The notes beneath the pieces were generated by a model. It had not been told where the DNA came from. It was given only the letters and a program-made list of their open reading frames with translations, and did no database searches. Below are positions 37,837 to 53,689 of a DNA stretch of 62,675 bases, piece after piece. Location of the stretch: assembly GCA_030141605.1 (NCBI GenBank), contig JAQGDQ010001101.1, positions 1 through 62,675 on the forward strand, in the 5' to 3' direction. This DNA comes from Tubiluchus corallicola. Lineage: Eukaryota > Animalia > Priapulida. A program made the translations under genes and the position numbers. How positions within the stretch are numbered: the first letter of the stretch is position 1; every line of letters starts with the position of its first letter.

Positions 37837-39504
37837 CTGCAAATAAGAGACAATTAACAAAAAAAACACAGAGTTGCTGCTGATTAAAATAGAAGAAAAC
37901 TCTTTAATAAAAAACCCGTGCAACACGGCCGTACTCCCTCCTTCTCCCTCTAAATCCAAGCACACATTTTTGGTCTAAGCTGCAAGCATAAAAGTGGCAG
38001 GCAGAACTAACCAGACAGGCCTAATAATAATTCAAAGAATTTTCCAGCCAGAAAAGGGGTTGGATAAACGCTACATTCTACAATGTAGCATCTACAGGTT
38101 TGCTTACCAAGTTTACTCGGGAGAAGGACCCAAACAGGATCAAACTCAATTAGAAAAGCAAATCGAAGCCAGTCTAACATCGCAGTAATTGCAATAGTGT
38201 TTATAAGCTATATTAAACATAATAGTAAGCAAATGAACAGATTAAACTCAGAGGACAGAAACGCCACGGGTGAAAAGTTTAGACATTTTGACTGATCATC
38301 AAATTCCTGGACGTGAAATGCACTCCAAGGAGATTGTTCAAATCCCTTTCACGTTTTGTCTTGCTGTGACATAGATGATGGAATGTGTCACAGATGACAT
38401 ATTATAGATGATGTCTATACCATGTGAAAAAGTAAAAGATCACTGCTACACGTATCTTAATCCTTCTACCTTTAAACCAGATACACTAATTGTAAGAATG
38501 TAATATTTGGAAATTATGCAAAGTTTTCAAATATATAATTGCATAAATAGGCCTATATATTTCTGGAAACCTTCCTCTTTAATTTCGAAACAATATTCGT
38601 GACGTTGTTTCCTACAATACAAGAAATGCACAAAAAATTTTCCAAACCCGAACGAATTAGTGGGCGTTCGAAAAGTCCAAACGAAAGTAAATAACATGAT
38701 GACAGACAAATCACGTTCAATGGGGAGGTGGGCCACAACTCTTGTAAGAAAATCTGGGCTGATTAGCGAGCTGACATGCAACGTGGGAAAATTTTAGCAT
38801 AGGCTGCCTACTCAAATCTCACAAAGGTTTTTGAGAACTGCAGAATTTTTGGATAAACAAACTTCAGTTTTCGTCAGTTATTCTGAACAAAGTAGGAGTA
38901 TCAGTGCTCACTTCTATAACCATCAGAGACCAATTCGCAACTTAGCTTTCCATCTCCGGGTCTTCCATTGTTAATAATTCTTACGTAACACTCAATTAAT
39001 CATTATAACTTGTTACAGAACAACTCACATTTCAGCCCTCAGCTTTGACGCACTTTATACCCAGTTACTCGTATAACGTTTTGCTCCGCCAAGTTTTAAT
39101 TGTATCAAAACTGTTTATATTGAATTATGACATTCTCTGCGACAATAAAGCTGAATTTAGTCGATTATGAACAATATTTTGTCCAAGTAATGTTTCTTGG
39201 CGAGGATAAATTTAATAAGAGTCTGTCTACAATTGGCCACGGTGGATAAAGCGTGATGCTCGTCTGAAAGCTTTTTAGCGCTATTCAATAGTTGTGATGT
39301 GACTTGTGTCTTTCCTCTAATTCCATTCTGATATGACGGCTCTCAAGGGGGCGCTGTGTGCCTGCTTGTGCATGAGCTTTTATATAGCCACAATTCAGTG
39401 TAATTTCATTATGGTAAGAGGCTTGCACAACACCATTGAAATTACTGTCGTCGTCTCCACATTTTCCTTCTACTCCTCTTTCTCTTCACTTCATTATAAT
39501 CTTT

Positions 39505-39972
<468 letters not shown>

Positions 39973-40349
39973 ATGAGACCAACAAGTAAATAAGATTTTC
40001 TAAGCCCATGTGAGAATCGTAATATGTTATCTTATTTAGTTCAATAAATTTATGCGGGAGGGGGGCATATTTACTGTGTGATGAAGTTACTGAAAACTTA
40101 AGCCAAACACCCCGGAGATGCATCTGCTACATTATTAGTTCCACGACGGATATTTGACAAACATTAAAACACAGTTTTGAGCAGCTTCAAATAATAACTG
40201 TCCTGCTTCAATAATTGCTAAGCAAATTATCTAAGTCATTCAGGCGACAAATTCAGGTGAGCAAAACCCGCCTGGCGCACAATAATAGACAACAACAACT
40301 CTTTGCCTAGAAGTAGCTATTGAAAAAACGTAATTGCTAAACAGCTTAC

Positions 40350-40466
40350 GATAAACCGGAAGTAAGGCGTACGCTTTTCCGATGTTGTTCTCCGCCAGAC
40401 ACTTGTATAAGCCAATATCACGCCTCTCTATATTTACAATCACTAACCGCATATCTGACAAACCAC
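40350..40466 (-). CDS. Ig3 second-half exon of the DIP/lachesin-like gene
   Basis: Acceptor ttttgttgcag, donor C|gtaagc; GGLSDMRLVIVNIERRDIGLYKCLAENNIGKAYALLPVY with the D-x-G-x-Y-x-C Ig motif. Confidence 0.92.
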
Positions 40467-40689
40467 CTGCAACAAAACGTGCAGTTAGTTGATGCTGTTA
40501 GTTGGGAACAGGTCCTGAAACAAAAATCAAAATCATAATGGAAAGCGAGTTCTCTCTCACTTGAGCAAGCATACATTAAATATTGGTGATTTTTAATAAC
40601 TGCAGGTAATAAAAAGAACAAATTTGATTCGAAAGGTCAAGTGATTCGCTAAACTCAAAATCCTGAGTTAGAAATGACGTTACTGTTAC

Positions 40690-41165
40690 CATCTAGAATT
40701 CAAGATGGCAGATAAAAAACCGATCCGTCAAACGATGCGGAATTTGCTTTAATATATGATAGTCTGGAAAGTATCCTGAGCGAAATTGGAGGAGCCATAG
40801 GTTTTTTTCGAAAACCACGATTTCGCTGCCATCTTGAATTCGAAATGCCAAGATCGAGAATTAGACTCCGTCAGTCATTGTGGAATTCATTCTAGTATAT
40901 CCCTGGGAAGTGACGATACGCTGCAAATTTCCAGTGCCTCTGTTAGGCTTTTTTCAAAAATGATATGTCTGTCGCCATCTTGAATTCAACATGCCGGATC
41001 GAAAATCTCGCCCGTCAGTCGATGCAGACGTCGATCTAGTATGTATGTGTCATTGGAAATTCACAGGGCCTTGTGTTTTTTCAAGAAGGTTATTACCCAA
41101 TAACAACAACAACAACAACAACAACATCTAGATGAGTAGCGATTTGGGTTGAACCCTCAGCAAAA
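40690..41165. mobile_element. Possible HINE/Helentron-associated element
   Basis: Diverged ~145-bp internal repeats carrying gccatcttgaattc, then (AAC)n, a short gggttgaaccc hairpin and an A-run. Confidence 0.35.
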
Positions 41166-41516
41166 ATTGTTCGACAAGATTTTGTAATTTCTTTTTTTTG
41201 TATTTCTGGCATGCCTTAAAATGAATAATGTCTAGTCAAAACGTATGCGCAAATAAACTAGATGGTTCGGCCCATCTTGGAATAATTGGAATATTGAAAA
41301 ACACAAATTTAAAGTTACTCTAGTATCTATATATCAGTTTAATAATAGTAGCGTAAGTGCTGACACCTGCCTTTTTCAATATTTTTAACACTTTAATTTA
41401 CAAAACACAAAGAAGCAATTTGCTTGCAGTATTTCCATCTCCTAATCTCTGCTTACCGTTTACGTACTGATTTTAATGTTCATTTCCAATTTCATCATCA
41501 AATTCCAACACAGAAC

Positions 41517-42155
<639 letters not shown>

Positions 42156-42240
42156 GTTATAAGTATTCATTTTGTTACTCCCACTACTGCTACATGCACT
42201 ACAACATTGCACGTATACCGTATATAATACAACTTTATAC

Positions 42241-42414
42241 CTGGTCGATCTTTTACCATTGGTAAATATTTTCCTCTGACGTCAGCGGTTAGTATGACGT
42301 CGTCACGATACCACCTCCCGGTGGCAGAAGGATATGCATCAATATGACACGTTAAAGTGATGTTGCTGCCTTCTGTTATTCGTAACAAAGGCTCAACAAT
42401 CACTATTGGAGTGT
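42241..42414 (-). CDS. Ig3 first-half exon of the DIP/lachesin-like gene
   Basis: Acceptor tttttcttacag, donor G|gtataa; HTPIVIVEPLLRITEGSNITLTCHIDAYPSATGRWYRDDVILTADVRGKYLPMVKDRP. Confidence 0.9.
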
Positions 42415-42731
42415 CTGTAAGAAAAACGTGGTGTCTTATTAACAAAGCAACATTGTAAATTACTCAAATTTGTGCTCAAAACAATGAATTAATCTTGCAA
42501 GAAAACAAGGACGTCAGCAAAGACGAAGTTGTACAATATTTTTTCTAACGACAGCAAGTGAAAAGTAATTTAGCTAATTAAGATATTTTAATTCTTTATC
42601 TAGTCTGGTTCTAGGCTAGTGCTAATATAAGCAATTTTTGGGAAAACGTCGTCATTGTTAACATGTTCTATTTATTCTCGTATTAACCGGTTAATCAGTT
42701 CTTCATTAAGACGCAGCAGTATTTTTCTAAT

Positions 42732-43006
<275 letters not shown>

Positions 43007-43644
43007 ATGCCCATTACATCTATTGTAGACATTGGGCAAGAAATCTGCCATCAGACAGGTAAACGCAGCAGTAATCCAGCAAAAAAACCAGACACTGCTG
43101 TGCCAGTGGCTTGTCAGCACCACTTCCGATACAATGTAGTGTTTTCTAATGTAAACGCAGCTTATTAAGCGGCAATAACAGCAATCTTGGAAAATTTTCA
43201 TGTCGTTCTAGTTATTAAAACATATGATGCAATACAAGGTGCGTATCGTAATTTATGAGCTAACAGGAATGGTCAACGCTTTGCGGGTTAGATAAAAAAA
43301 TGTCCTTGCGCTAAATGACGCAGTCACTAACCTCAAACGATGGATAAAGCTGACCCACCTGAAACACAATCACTGGAAAGTGGGAACATATTAAGCAGGA
43401 TCGTTATGCTGTCTAATCACAGTGATTTTCAATGATATCAAACACAACTGAGAAGTCCACCTCGGCACAAATCAGTAGTCTAACTTCGTCATTTCAACAT
43501 CATTTGTAATCAGAGAAAGTTTCCAGTAGACTAAAGTGCTATTAAATTTCTACACAAATCTTCTGTCTAAAATGGGATATTAAACCGCTACAGTACACGC
43601 GGTTACAAGTTAATTAAATTCAAGAGTAACAGACTGTAACTTAC

Positions 43645-43773
43645 GCTGTATTTTTAAAACAATGCTTCGGCTCACTGAGGGCAGGACGCCGTTGGAAGCT
43701 ATACAAAGGTAGATGCCCGTGTCTCGTTTCTGTAGATTTGACAGTCTAAGGTAATTACCCGTTTCAGTAAAAG
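43645..43773 (-). CDS. Ig2 second-half exon of the DIP/lachesin-like gene (not in the ORF track)
   Basis: Acceptor attttacag, donor C|gtaagt; AFTETGNYLRLSNLQKRDTGIYLCIASNGVLPSVSRSIVLKIQ, matching the YLCIASNGVPPSVS signature of the DIP/lachesin family. Confidence 0.93.
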
Positions 43774-43796
43774 CTGTAAAATAATTTTGACGAATT

Positions 43797-44240
43797 ATGT
43801 ATGTATGTAGTTTATTGACTAAAACAAGTTACGTGTATACACGAGGAACGAGGTAAATGCCACAATCGATACATTAGTGATTTTAGTCCAAATGTCACTT
43901 TACGTACATTTCCTACTCAAGGTTATGGCATTAAAAACAGTGTTATGCATACAAGGTACATCAGCATAAAAGTTGCAAAATTTCATAACATATTATATAA
44001 CAATTAGTGTGCTCAAAGAAGTGAGTTAAATCAGCAAAGTTTACATTGTCGTAGCGGTTTCTAATATTTGATGTTAGGGGGCGTGTCTGTATAACGTGTT
44101 TCTCAGTTTGAATGTCCCCACAAGGACATAACCTATTTTCCCTTGGCTGTCTCGCCCATCTACCCGTTTCTATCCGCAGCCTGTGTGACCGAAGACGCGT
44201 TCTTGTGAAGCTTATCCGATGGTGCTCAAATATTGTCGAT
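43797..44240 (-). mobile_element. LINE 3' end with (TACA)n tail; paralogues at 50425-50885 (+) and 58567-59012 (-)
   Basis: Same sequence as the EHHRISFTRMRLQSHRLRIETGR...RLCPCGD remnant. Confidence 0.75.
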
Positions 44241-44418
44241 TCAAAACGAGGAGTTTCAAACTGGCTAAAAAATTATGAATTTTACTTCATGTTATCAACT
44301 TTTCCGAATTAATTGACAATTAACGATATCATTAATTAGATCATAACTGTGACTGCCAGAAGATTCATAAACTATTGTGGTTTATTTCACAACATTTATT
44401 ACCTGTTGTGGCTTATGG

Positions 44419-44706
44419 GTTGAAGCAAGAACGGAGACTCTGAAAATTTGTGAGCCAATGAGGACTTGAACTCGAGACCTGAGATTAGAGATGAGTTACC
44501 AGTTCAACATGACAGAACAGGCCCGAGAATTCATCCTTGTGGCACACAGTCCAACAGCGCAAAAGTATGTGTGCTACAAGGATCATGCGCATGCTCTGTC
44601 ATGTTGAACTCGTAGGTCAGCTGACACAGCATTGGAGGTCACAAGTCTCGGGTTCAACTCCAGATCGGTTCATAATTTTTTTCAGCGTCTCATTTCTTCT
44701 TCAACT
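44419..44706. repeat. Imperfect fold-back element (~290 bp) whose arms carry a tRNA B-box-like motif
   Basis: Paired segments agttcaacatgacaga/tctgtcatgttgaact, atccttgtggcacaca/tgtgtgctacaaggat and ttgaactcgagac/gtctcgggttcaa. Confidence 0.7.
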
Positions 44707-45225
44707 CCCGCAATGGTTTATTAACATTCTGGCTAACCTGTTTAATCACTTTCACCTTTTTACCTTTAGACTACTTCTAAACTCTACATACAGTGGCTAC
44801 GATAATGCTCACAACTCTTTTACCGGGTGTGGCTACTACTTAGTATGAAGCAATGTCAATAGCATCGTCACCTGTGAAAACACCCCGCAATTTAGGATAA
44901 GGAAGCCAGAGAGTGCAATGTGTCCATCTCTAGCACGATAGTTGGGTACAGACTTGTGAATCCGTAAGTGTTTAGTAAATACGTTAGTTTAGATGTATTC
45001 AGATAGAAGGGCGTGTGTTCGTAAACTTCAAAGACTTTCCTTGACAAAAACTAGGACACCAGGTCACAAATTGGCTGCTGAAAGTGGGAAGGCGGAGAAA
45101 CATGCCACGTCATCCGAGGTTTTGCGACTGCCGCACTGACCAACCAAGTGTTCAAAATAAGGATCGCCATTTCTGCAAATTCGTGAAGACTAATGTAGAC
45201 AGGCAGCTACCACAGTTCTCCTATG

Positions 45226-46030
<805 letters not shown>

Positions 46031-46713
46031 ACTGTTGTAGACTATATTCGTCAGCGCCTTTAATGATTAGAACAATAATCACTGCTAATGGAAGGACTGT
46101 TAGTATAATATAAAATACGTTAGTTTTATCGCTACACTGTAATTTATGCCATTTTTGCACTTTTACGATTTATGTATAAATGTTATGGAGTAAATTTTGG
46201 ATCAACTTAATTCCTTGTTTTCCGTGCATATACCCTAATTAAGTGTAATAATAGTTGTGGGACAATAAATAACTTACTTACTTACTGTATAAAACATGGC
46301 ATGTCAAGTAATGTTTGCGTTTAATGGGTATGGCAGTAAGGGTGAGAAAAACACACAGAGATCAACTACAGGGCTGTCCAGAAAAAAACATTCCCTCAAA
46401 TTAACTCGCAACCTTTTATATTTGTTACAGACATTTGTAGCAAGCTCTCAGATTACAGTATCGCCCGGTTTCTCCTTTTTTAAACAACTATAAATTTTGA
46501 TATGACCTCCCTCCGCCAAGGCGCCGCTAGCATGAGTTTTGTACGGTGGGGATATAATACAGGGTCGTCTAAAAAAACGATCTCCTAAACTAACTCGTAA
46601 CCTTTGAGGAAAGACATCCTAGCTATGAACCATGAACTATGAATTTATGTTCACACATCACACATCACACACTACAATATCAAACACATTAATAAACTTT
46701 AAATAAAATAATT

Positions 46714-46985
46714 TGAGTAGTGCGAGGTGAGTGTACGACCATACGGTCATTAACTTACTCACCTTACTTAAATGAAAAAATGATTATAATTATGCATGCT
46801 TCTGTAGATAACTTAATGTAAATAAGGATGAAGTAAATGATGTAATAACTTGAGTAGTGCGAGGTGAGTGTACGACCATACGGTCATTAACTTACTCACC
46901 TTACTTAAATGAAAAAATGATTATAATTATGCATGCTTCTGTAGAAAACTTAATGTAAATAAGGATGAAGTAAATGATGTAATAA
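46714..46985. repeat. 137-bp tandem duplication (mirrored at the right window end)
   Basis: tgagtagtgcgaggtgagtgtacgacc at 46714 and 46851. Confidence 0.9.
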
Positions 46986-47937
46986 TACCAATGGTATAAG
47001 AGCAATAAACCTGAAAGTTGAGAAAGGAAAACATAATATGTAATTACGATTTTGAGTGAGCCGCAAAGAGTGAAATTTTTTTTTAAAATAGTTACGAATA
47101 TGAATTATGTGATTATCTGTCAATGTACCACTTACTAGTATTACAGAGCGTATGAAGGAAATAGCTTATCGGAAAGAGGGTCTCTTTCTTGGTCTCTTTT
47201 TGGAAATTCTCCTACAGGGCGAAGGAATACGGGTTAGTTAACGGGAACGTATGCACTAGGCGACCATCTATTAGATATTGCTACTCAGCCACGTCTGACA
47301 TAAGCGTTTTGCTTTTTGCGTCTTTTGCTTATTATTTCTGGATTGGAATCACATAATTTCGCAAGCGGATTTGCGAAGTAACATCATGAATAACGGGCGC
47401 CGAGTTTTCTCGATGCTCCGTTTTGTCGCTTATGTCGTCTCGTTTCATCGCCGGCTGCAGATGAATCAGATTTTGCAAAAGAATTCTTAAATCATTCGAA
47501 GCCAGATGCTTGAAATCGATTTTTGGCTTGTTTGCGTCTGAAGGAACACGCGGGTTGGGCAGAAGATTAAAAAAGTAGGTAAATTAATGGGAATCGCCCT
47601 TCTTTTAGGATCCAAGTGTCCTGCAAACTCACGTCTAAATACAGCTGAACTGACCTTCTGTACGTGTCAAACGGAAATTTACCAAGATGAGCCAAAATTT
47701 TCCAATCTTTTAGCATAGTATATTTTAATAAATAGTGACAGAACGTACAAAACGTACAAAGTTGTTGAAATTTTGCCAAAGATTTCGGTTGGAAGTAGGC
47801 CCACTCATACTGAACATACTGAATACTAATTTTCAATAGAATTATTATAGAGTTAGAAAAATCCTGCCAATACCATAAAATACTATATACTAAATACAAT
47901 ATTGCCGTGAAACTCACGATTCCTTAATTTAATCATT

Positions 47938-48235
47938 TAGACCAGACGGTTTAGTCTAGTGGTAACGCGTCTGTTTGCCGTCTGGGAGGTCGTGAGTTCA
48001 AATCAGAGGGCAGGGTCATACCAAAGACTTTAAAAATGGTACCTGCTGTTGCCCTGCCTGGGGCGAGGTATTTAGGGTAAAAGTGGGGTAATAATAGTCT
48101 CTGTTATGTAGTTGTAGGTCGTTATTTACAGTCGGCGATAATAGCTCTTTGAGCTAATGTTAATTGTTGACCCAAAAGCCAACTTTAAATAAAGATTATT
48201 ATTATTATTGTTGTTATTATTATTATTATCGATTA
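47938..48235 (+). mobile_element. tRNA-derived SINE with (TTA)n tail, possibly MetaSINE-type; mirrored at ~61200-61501 (-)
   Basis: A-box-like tagtctagtgg, B-box-like gagttcaaatc, central gggtcataccaaagactttaaaaatggtacc; the Meta-domain assignment is from memory and unverified. Confidence 0.75.
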
Positions 48236-48548
48236 TTAGTTTGTTGTAATTAATCATAATTATTATTATCAATAGCATTATTGTACATGCATACATCCTT
48301 GAATGGTCATATTATTACATTCTCTTGCTAAAATATCAAATTAAAATCTCATACAAGAACTTACTAAATTTCAGCTAGAAAACTGATTTATTTCTCTGTA
48401 TGCAGTTTAAACTTTCATCATTGAACAGAACCTTGAACTAGTGCATAACATTTTCCTTCATTGAATTGCTGGCCTCCTTTCACTTCATGGAAAATTTTTA
48501 CCTGGACAGTTGGGTTTTACAGATCACATTGTAAGCATGTGACTTGAC

Positions 48549-48597
<49 letters not shown>

Positions 48598-48603
48598 AAG
48601 AGA

Positions 48604-48639
<36 letters not shown>

Positions 48640-48646
48640 CAGAGAC

Positions 48647-48773
<127 letters not shown>

Positions 48774-48850
48774 CAGAGACAGAGACAGAGACAGAGACAG
48801 AGACAGAGGGAGAGGGAGAGGGAGAGGGAGAGGGAGAGGGAGAGAGAAAG

Positions 48851-48940
<90 letters not shown>

Positions 48941-49100
48941 AAAAGAGAGAACACTGTGTGCTACTACTTGATCACAAGATAAAGTGCATGTGATGTAAAC
49001 AACTTACCTGCATTCTACCTTGTTTATTCCTCCCAAGAAGCCAGTCTATTAGCACTTACCTTTAGAATTTCTTCATAAATATAACACTTTATTTAATTAC

Positions 49101-49259
49101 CTGGTTCATCTATACTAAACATTTTGCTGTCGTCTTGCCGTCGCCACGTTATATTGGGTGCAGGCCTACCCGTAGCTTCACAACTTAGCACAACGTTGGC
49201 ACCTTCTCGCACTTCAACTTCCGTTTCCGTTCTACTCGTTGTTAAAAACTTTGGTGGAA
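49101..49259 (-). CDS. Ig2 first-half exon, left-arm copy, colinear with the downstream exons
   Basis: Acceptor tttttacttttag, donor G|gtaatt; 159 bp, phase 1-1; PPKFLTTSRTETEVEVREGANVVLSCEATGRPAPNITWRRQDDSKMFSIDEP. Confidence 0.93.
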
Positions 49260-50424
49260 CTAAAAGTAAAAAAAACACATGTTTGCAAAAGTTTCCACTC
49301 TTTAAATTAAGAGGAACGTTCAACAACTTTAAACTGAATTTTGATTTAAAGTCGTAAAAGGAAGATGAAAATTAATCTCTTTGTTATTATTGAGTGTAAC
49401 GTTGATCCATTACACAAATTGTAACGGATCCATTGTAATGGATGAATTGTAATTGGTCCATTGCATAAATTGACAAACTGGGTAAAGCAAAGCCCAGTTC
49501 AGTAATTTCAGTTGTTTTACCTGGACTTAATTATGCATTAGTCTGTGCAGGATCTTGCTTGGGAACAAGAAAAAATGAACTAGGTAAAGTTCTGTGGCTA
49601 GCATTGGTCCCTTGTCTTAATTACTATTACAACAGCTTAGCTGCTAGGCATGTCAGGTATACACCAATGCGTTGTCTGGCACACTTAATCTTTGACACAA
49701 CAGCTTGAGCTGCTAGGCATTGTCAAGTATACACCAATGCGTTGTCTGGCACACTTAATCTTTGACAATCTCACGATCACCATCAATCGCTGGAACTGTG
49801 TAAAGGCTTATTGGTTTCAATCTTATCATAATCTAAACTTCGGCACATTTTTGCGCCTCCCGATATCAAACTCTTTTCACTGGTTTTCGCTATATTTTTG
49901 TTGTCAAAGTAAAGATGTATGCAAGCAGTGACAGCCCATTCGTATCCGGATTCCAGAAAGCTTTTGGGCAAAAACATTAGCGTTAACAACGATTTTGTTC
50001 TATTGTTGAGAGGGTCACAGAAAACAATGGCCAAGTTTTAGGGAAGCTATCAGTAACAGGACTCAGGACACACTTAACGGAGCTCAATATCAAACGACAG
50101 GTAAAATTTTCCACTCGTAATTACTGCATCAACTGTTGACATAACCTTTTCGGTGTGCGTATAATGGTAAATGGAGACGGGATCCCGCAGACAAATCTCG
50201 GTAAAACAAAATCATAAAACCAGTTACGCGCTTTAACACGCTTTATACACCTATTAAAGGTAATTTCATCAGAACTTAAAGTGGGATAAATTTACCGTTA
50301 CGGCCATTATAAAACAATGAAGACAATATTTCTCTAGATTATTACAAGATTTGCAGTTTTCCAGGCGGGTGTGCAGCAGTACGTGTTCATTTGACGTCAG
50401 TCTATATAGGTCTTCTGGCGTTTG

Positions 50425-50885
50425 TGTTCGACAATATTTGAGCATCATCGGATAAGCTTCACAAGAATGCGTCTTCAGTCACATAGGCTGCGGATAGAAA
50501 CGGGTAGATTGGTGAGACAGCCAAGGGAAAATAGGTTATGTCCTTGTGGGGACATTCAAACTTATAAACACGTTATACAGACACGCCCCCTAATATCAAA
50601 TATTAGAAACCTCTACGACAATGTAAACTTTGCTGAATTAACTCACTTCTTTGAGCACACTAATTGTTATATAATATGTTATGAAATTTTGCAACTTTTA
50701 TGCTGATGTACCTTGTACTCACAACACTGTTTTTAATGCAATAACCTTGAGTAGAAAATGTACGTAAAGTGACAATCTGGACTAAAATCACCAATGTATC
50801 GATTGAGGCATTTACCTCGTTCCTCGTGTATACATGTAACTTGTTTTAGTCAACAAACTACATACAACATACATACATACATACA
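50425..50885 (+). mobile_element. LINE ORF2 C-terminal remnant with 3' UTR and (TACA)n tail
   Basis: SHRLRIETGR...PRENRLCPCGD motif. Confidence 0.75.
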
Positions 50886-52569
50886 CACCATTACCTGCAT
50901 GAATCCCCACATTCTCTTTTCTCCTTAATCGCCATTATTGCCCAGAAATCTGTTTGAAGTATCTGTCGTACAAATTCGACTAATGCTTTGTAGGAATATC
51001 ACTTGATTTATGGAATTGTTGTCTGCGCTTTGTTTAATGTGAGAACTTCTCCGTTACAGGATTAACTTCAAGAAGAATGACGAAACGCATAGGGAAAATA
51101 TCAGAATTGGAGCCAGGATGAGTTACGAAACGGGGCGATATTGTCGGAAAATCCGCATTAAACCAAGCCTGGCTTCTTTGGTGGCCTTACAATATTATTT
51201 AGTTCGTATGCTTCGTTCATGCATGTGTGACCATGCGTTTAGTTAACCTTGCCTATAAAAAGGAAGTGTCACCGCTGATCGGTGACCACCTATCAGCAGG
51301 TACCACAAAAGGAAGGTCCCCTTTTTCTTGTTTTTTATATAGGCCTGTATGTGAGATTAATCATTTAAAGTGCTGTGAATTATGTGATTATTTTTGTTAT
51401 GATTTGTAACTTAATTTGAAATGTAAAGTGTAACAGTTAAATTTGAATTTTGCAATAAAGTGTATTATTAGTGTGACCACAATTTATACAAATCGTTATG
51501 CTTCTCTAATGACTGTTTTTGACTGGATTATTTTCACAGCACAATTAATGCAAAATCACAGGTAATCAATCAATACCCACTAAGGTTTAAGCGTAATGCA
51601 ACCTTTCTGACTGCAGTAAATTAGACATAAATGAGTGTTAGCAGTACAGGACAGGCTCTCTCCCTCTCTTTAAAGCTATTTGGCATCAAATTCAATTTTT
51701 TCGATAGATAAACAGCTACATATAAAACGTAATGGAAAAAGATGGGCAAAGATAAAAAAATCAACGAGTGATTAAGATTAAGATTAAGATTAAGGTTAAG
51801 GTTAAGATTAAGATTATTAGATTGTTTACTTGTCTTCTTTAAATTTGACAGTGCATAGTGGACTTAACAATAATTTTGACAATTTACCAAACGAATAAGT
51901 GTTCATTAGCAGCCTACTTGGCGTTAGAAAGAAAAGTTAATTATATTGACAAAAGTGTGGCGAACGACCGTAAGGTCAACTAAGTCAGCCACAGTTATTT
52001 ACAAATTTAAGTACACAGCTGGATTAAATGATCATTTTTAACACAATTGTTTTTCGAAATCCCTTCAACGATGTTCATTTTAGCGTGACGAAGGAAAACT
52101 AATGTGAAAAATATTGTCATCATTAGGGCAAGAACAAAATTAAACAATAGAACATAATAAATAAGGTAATATAAAATGAGAAGCTGCCTGTTGCATGAGG
52201 GAACCGGAAATTGAGAAAGTGAATACATCCGCTAAACTAAAATTTGTGCAATATATAATGAAAAAGTAAAACAAAAGAAAATTGCAAAGGATATCAAATG
52301 AGATAATTTAAGATAAAAAAAAACGAAAGAAAATTATAAAGGATATCAAATGAGATAATTTAAGATAAATAAAAAACGAAAGAGAATTATAAAGGATATC
52401 AAATTAGATAATTTAATATAAATAGAAAAACGAAAGAAAATTATCATTGATATCAAATGAGATAATTCGAAATGAATGAAAATTAAATTAAAAAATGCAG
52501 GACATTTGACAATGATAATCTAATGTGAGAAAAAGAACAGCGAGGGAAAGCCCGAAAAAGAAAAAGAGA

Positions 52570-52618
<49 letters not shown>

Positions 52619-52659
52619 TGAGAGAGAGAGCGAGAGAGAGAGAGAGGAAATGAAAGAGG

Positions 52660-52709
<50 letters not shown>

Positions 52710-53275
52710 GCTGGGAAGAATGATTTGATTGAAGAACTTTTTTATTTCAGGATTGTCAGGCGTTTCAAACTTTTTGTATGTTTCGTTTACATTTTTCATG
52801 TTCATTTTGACTGTCTATAAATAAATTACTACATAAATGAACCAGTTTTGTAAATTGCTTGTTGCGCGTGGTAACTTTATATTTATTATCTAACATGGAT
52901 TGGACATTCAATAATCGTAATGTATCTCTATTTTAATGGTCCAGTCCAGTCAAGTCAAGTCAAGTGGAATCTCCTCCCGTCCCGTCCTGTTCCATCCTGT
53001 CCTCTCCAGTCCAGTCCAGCCCAGTCCAGTCAAGTCCAGTCCAGTCCGGTCTCCAGCCAGCTCAATCCTTTCCAGTCAAGTAGTCATACAACAGTGCTTC
53101 AATCCCAGTCTTGTTCACTCTCCAAACAATCTCCAAATGCTACAAACACTCTGTTAATATGTTACAATATGTTGAAATGTATCGAATCTAGGAGTCTACT
53201 TGGCTTCCTGCCTTCTGATCGCTCTTTTCATTGTGATTACGTCATCATTACGTCACGATCGCTTATTTTTTGCAG

Positions 53276-53483
53276 GTAGTCTGGATGTACAAAGACACAG
53301 AAACAATACTGACTTTATCCAATCACGTTATCACACGTGATAGACGTGTTAGCATTTCAAATGTTGCCAACAAAGTGTGGATTCTCACGCTGAGGAATGT
53401 TAAAGCCTCTGACGCAGGAATATATCGTTGTGAGGTGAACACTGACCCGCGCCGATACGTGGAAACACTTCTTAGTGTATTAA
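53276..53483 (+). CDS. Ig1 (V-type) second-half exon of the DIP/lachesin-like gene, on the opposite strand to the visible gene body
   Basis: Acceptor ttttttgcag, donor A|gtaagt; phase 0-1; VVWMYKDTETILTLSNHVITRDRRVSISNVANKVWILTLRNVKASDAGIYRCEVNTDPRRYVETLLSVL; joins Ig2a in frame as LSVL-I-PPKF. Confidence 0.93.
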
Positions 53484-53689
53484 GTAAGTGGAAATGTCTA
53501 AATTAAAATCGTTTTGTCTCTTGGACTTTGTTTTTCCTTCTGGGAATCATTTGTCAATCGGAGTGAGTAGAAGTGTCTGCCGCAAGAATGAGCACGTTGC
53601 TTACTCATTGTACATTGTTATTGCTCGTTGTTGAATAAACCTTTTCACAGTTTCGTTATGCGCACGCGCAGTTGCATCGTGTCACGTGA

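Noticed and set aside
47380-47520. Possible signal-peptide or Ig1a exon inside the repeat arm
   Set aside because: Short frames ending in stops, a frame-changing indel between arms, no Ig motif and no convincing donor; the 5' exons were not found in the window
47938-48015. tRNA gene
   Set aside because: No clean cloverleaf; continues into a SINE body and (TTA)n tail
51050-51490. Solo LTR in the repeat arms (also ~2380-2660)
   Set aside because: TATA-like and aataaa motifs are present but no definable TG...CA ends or TSD
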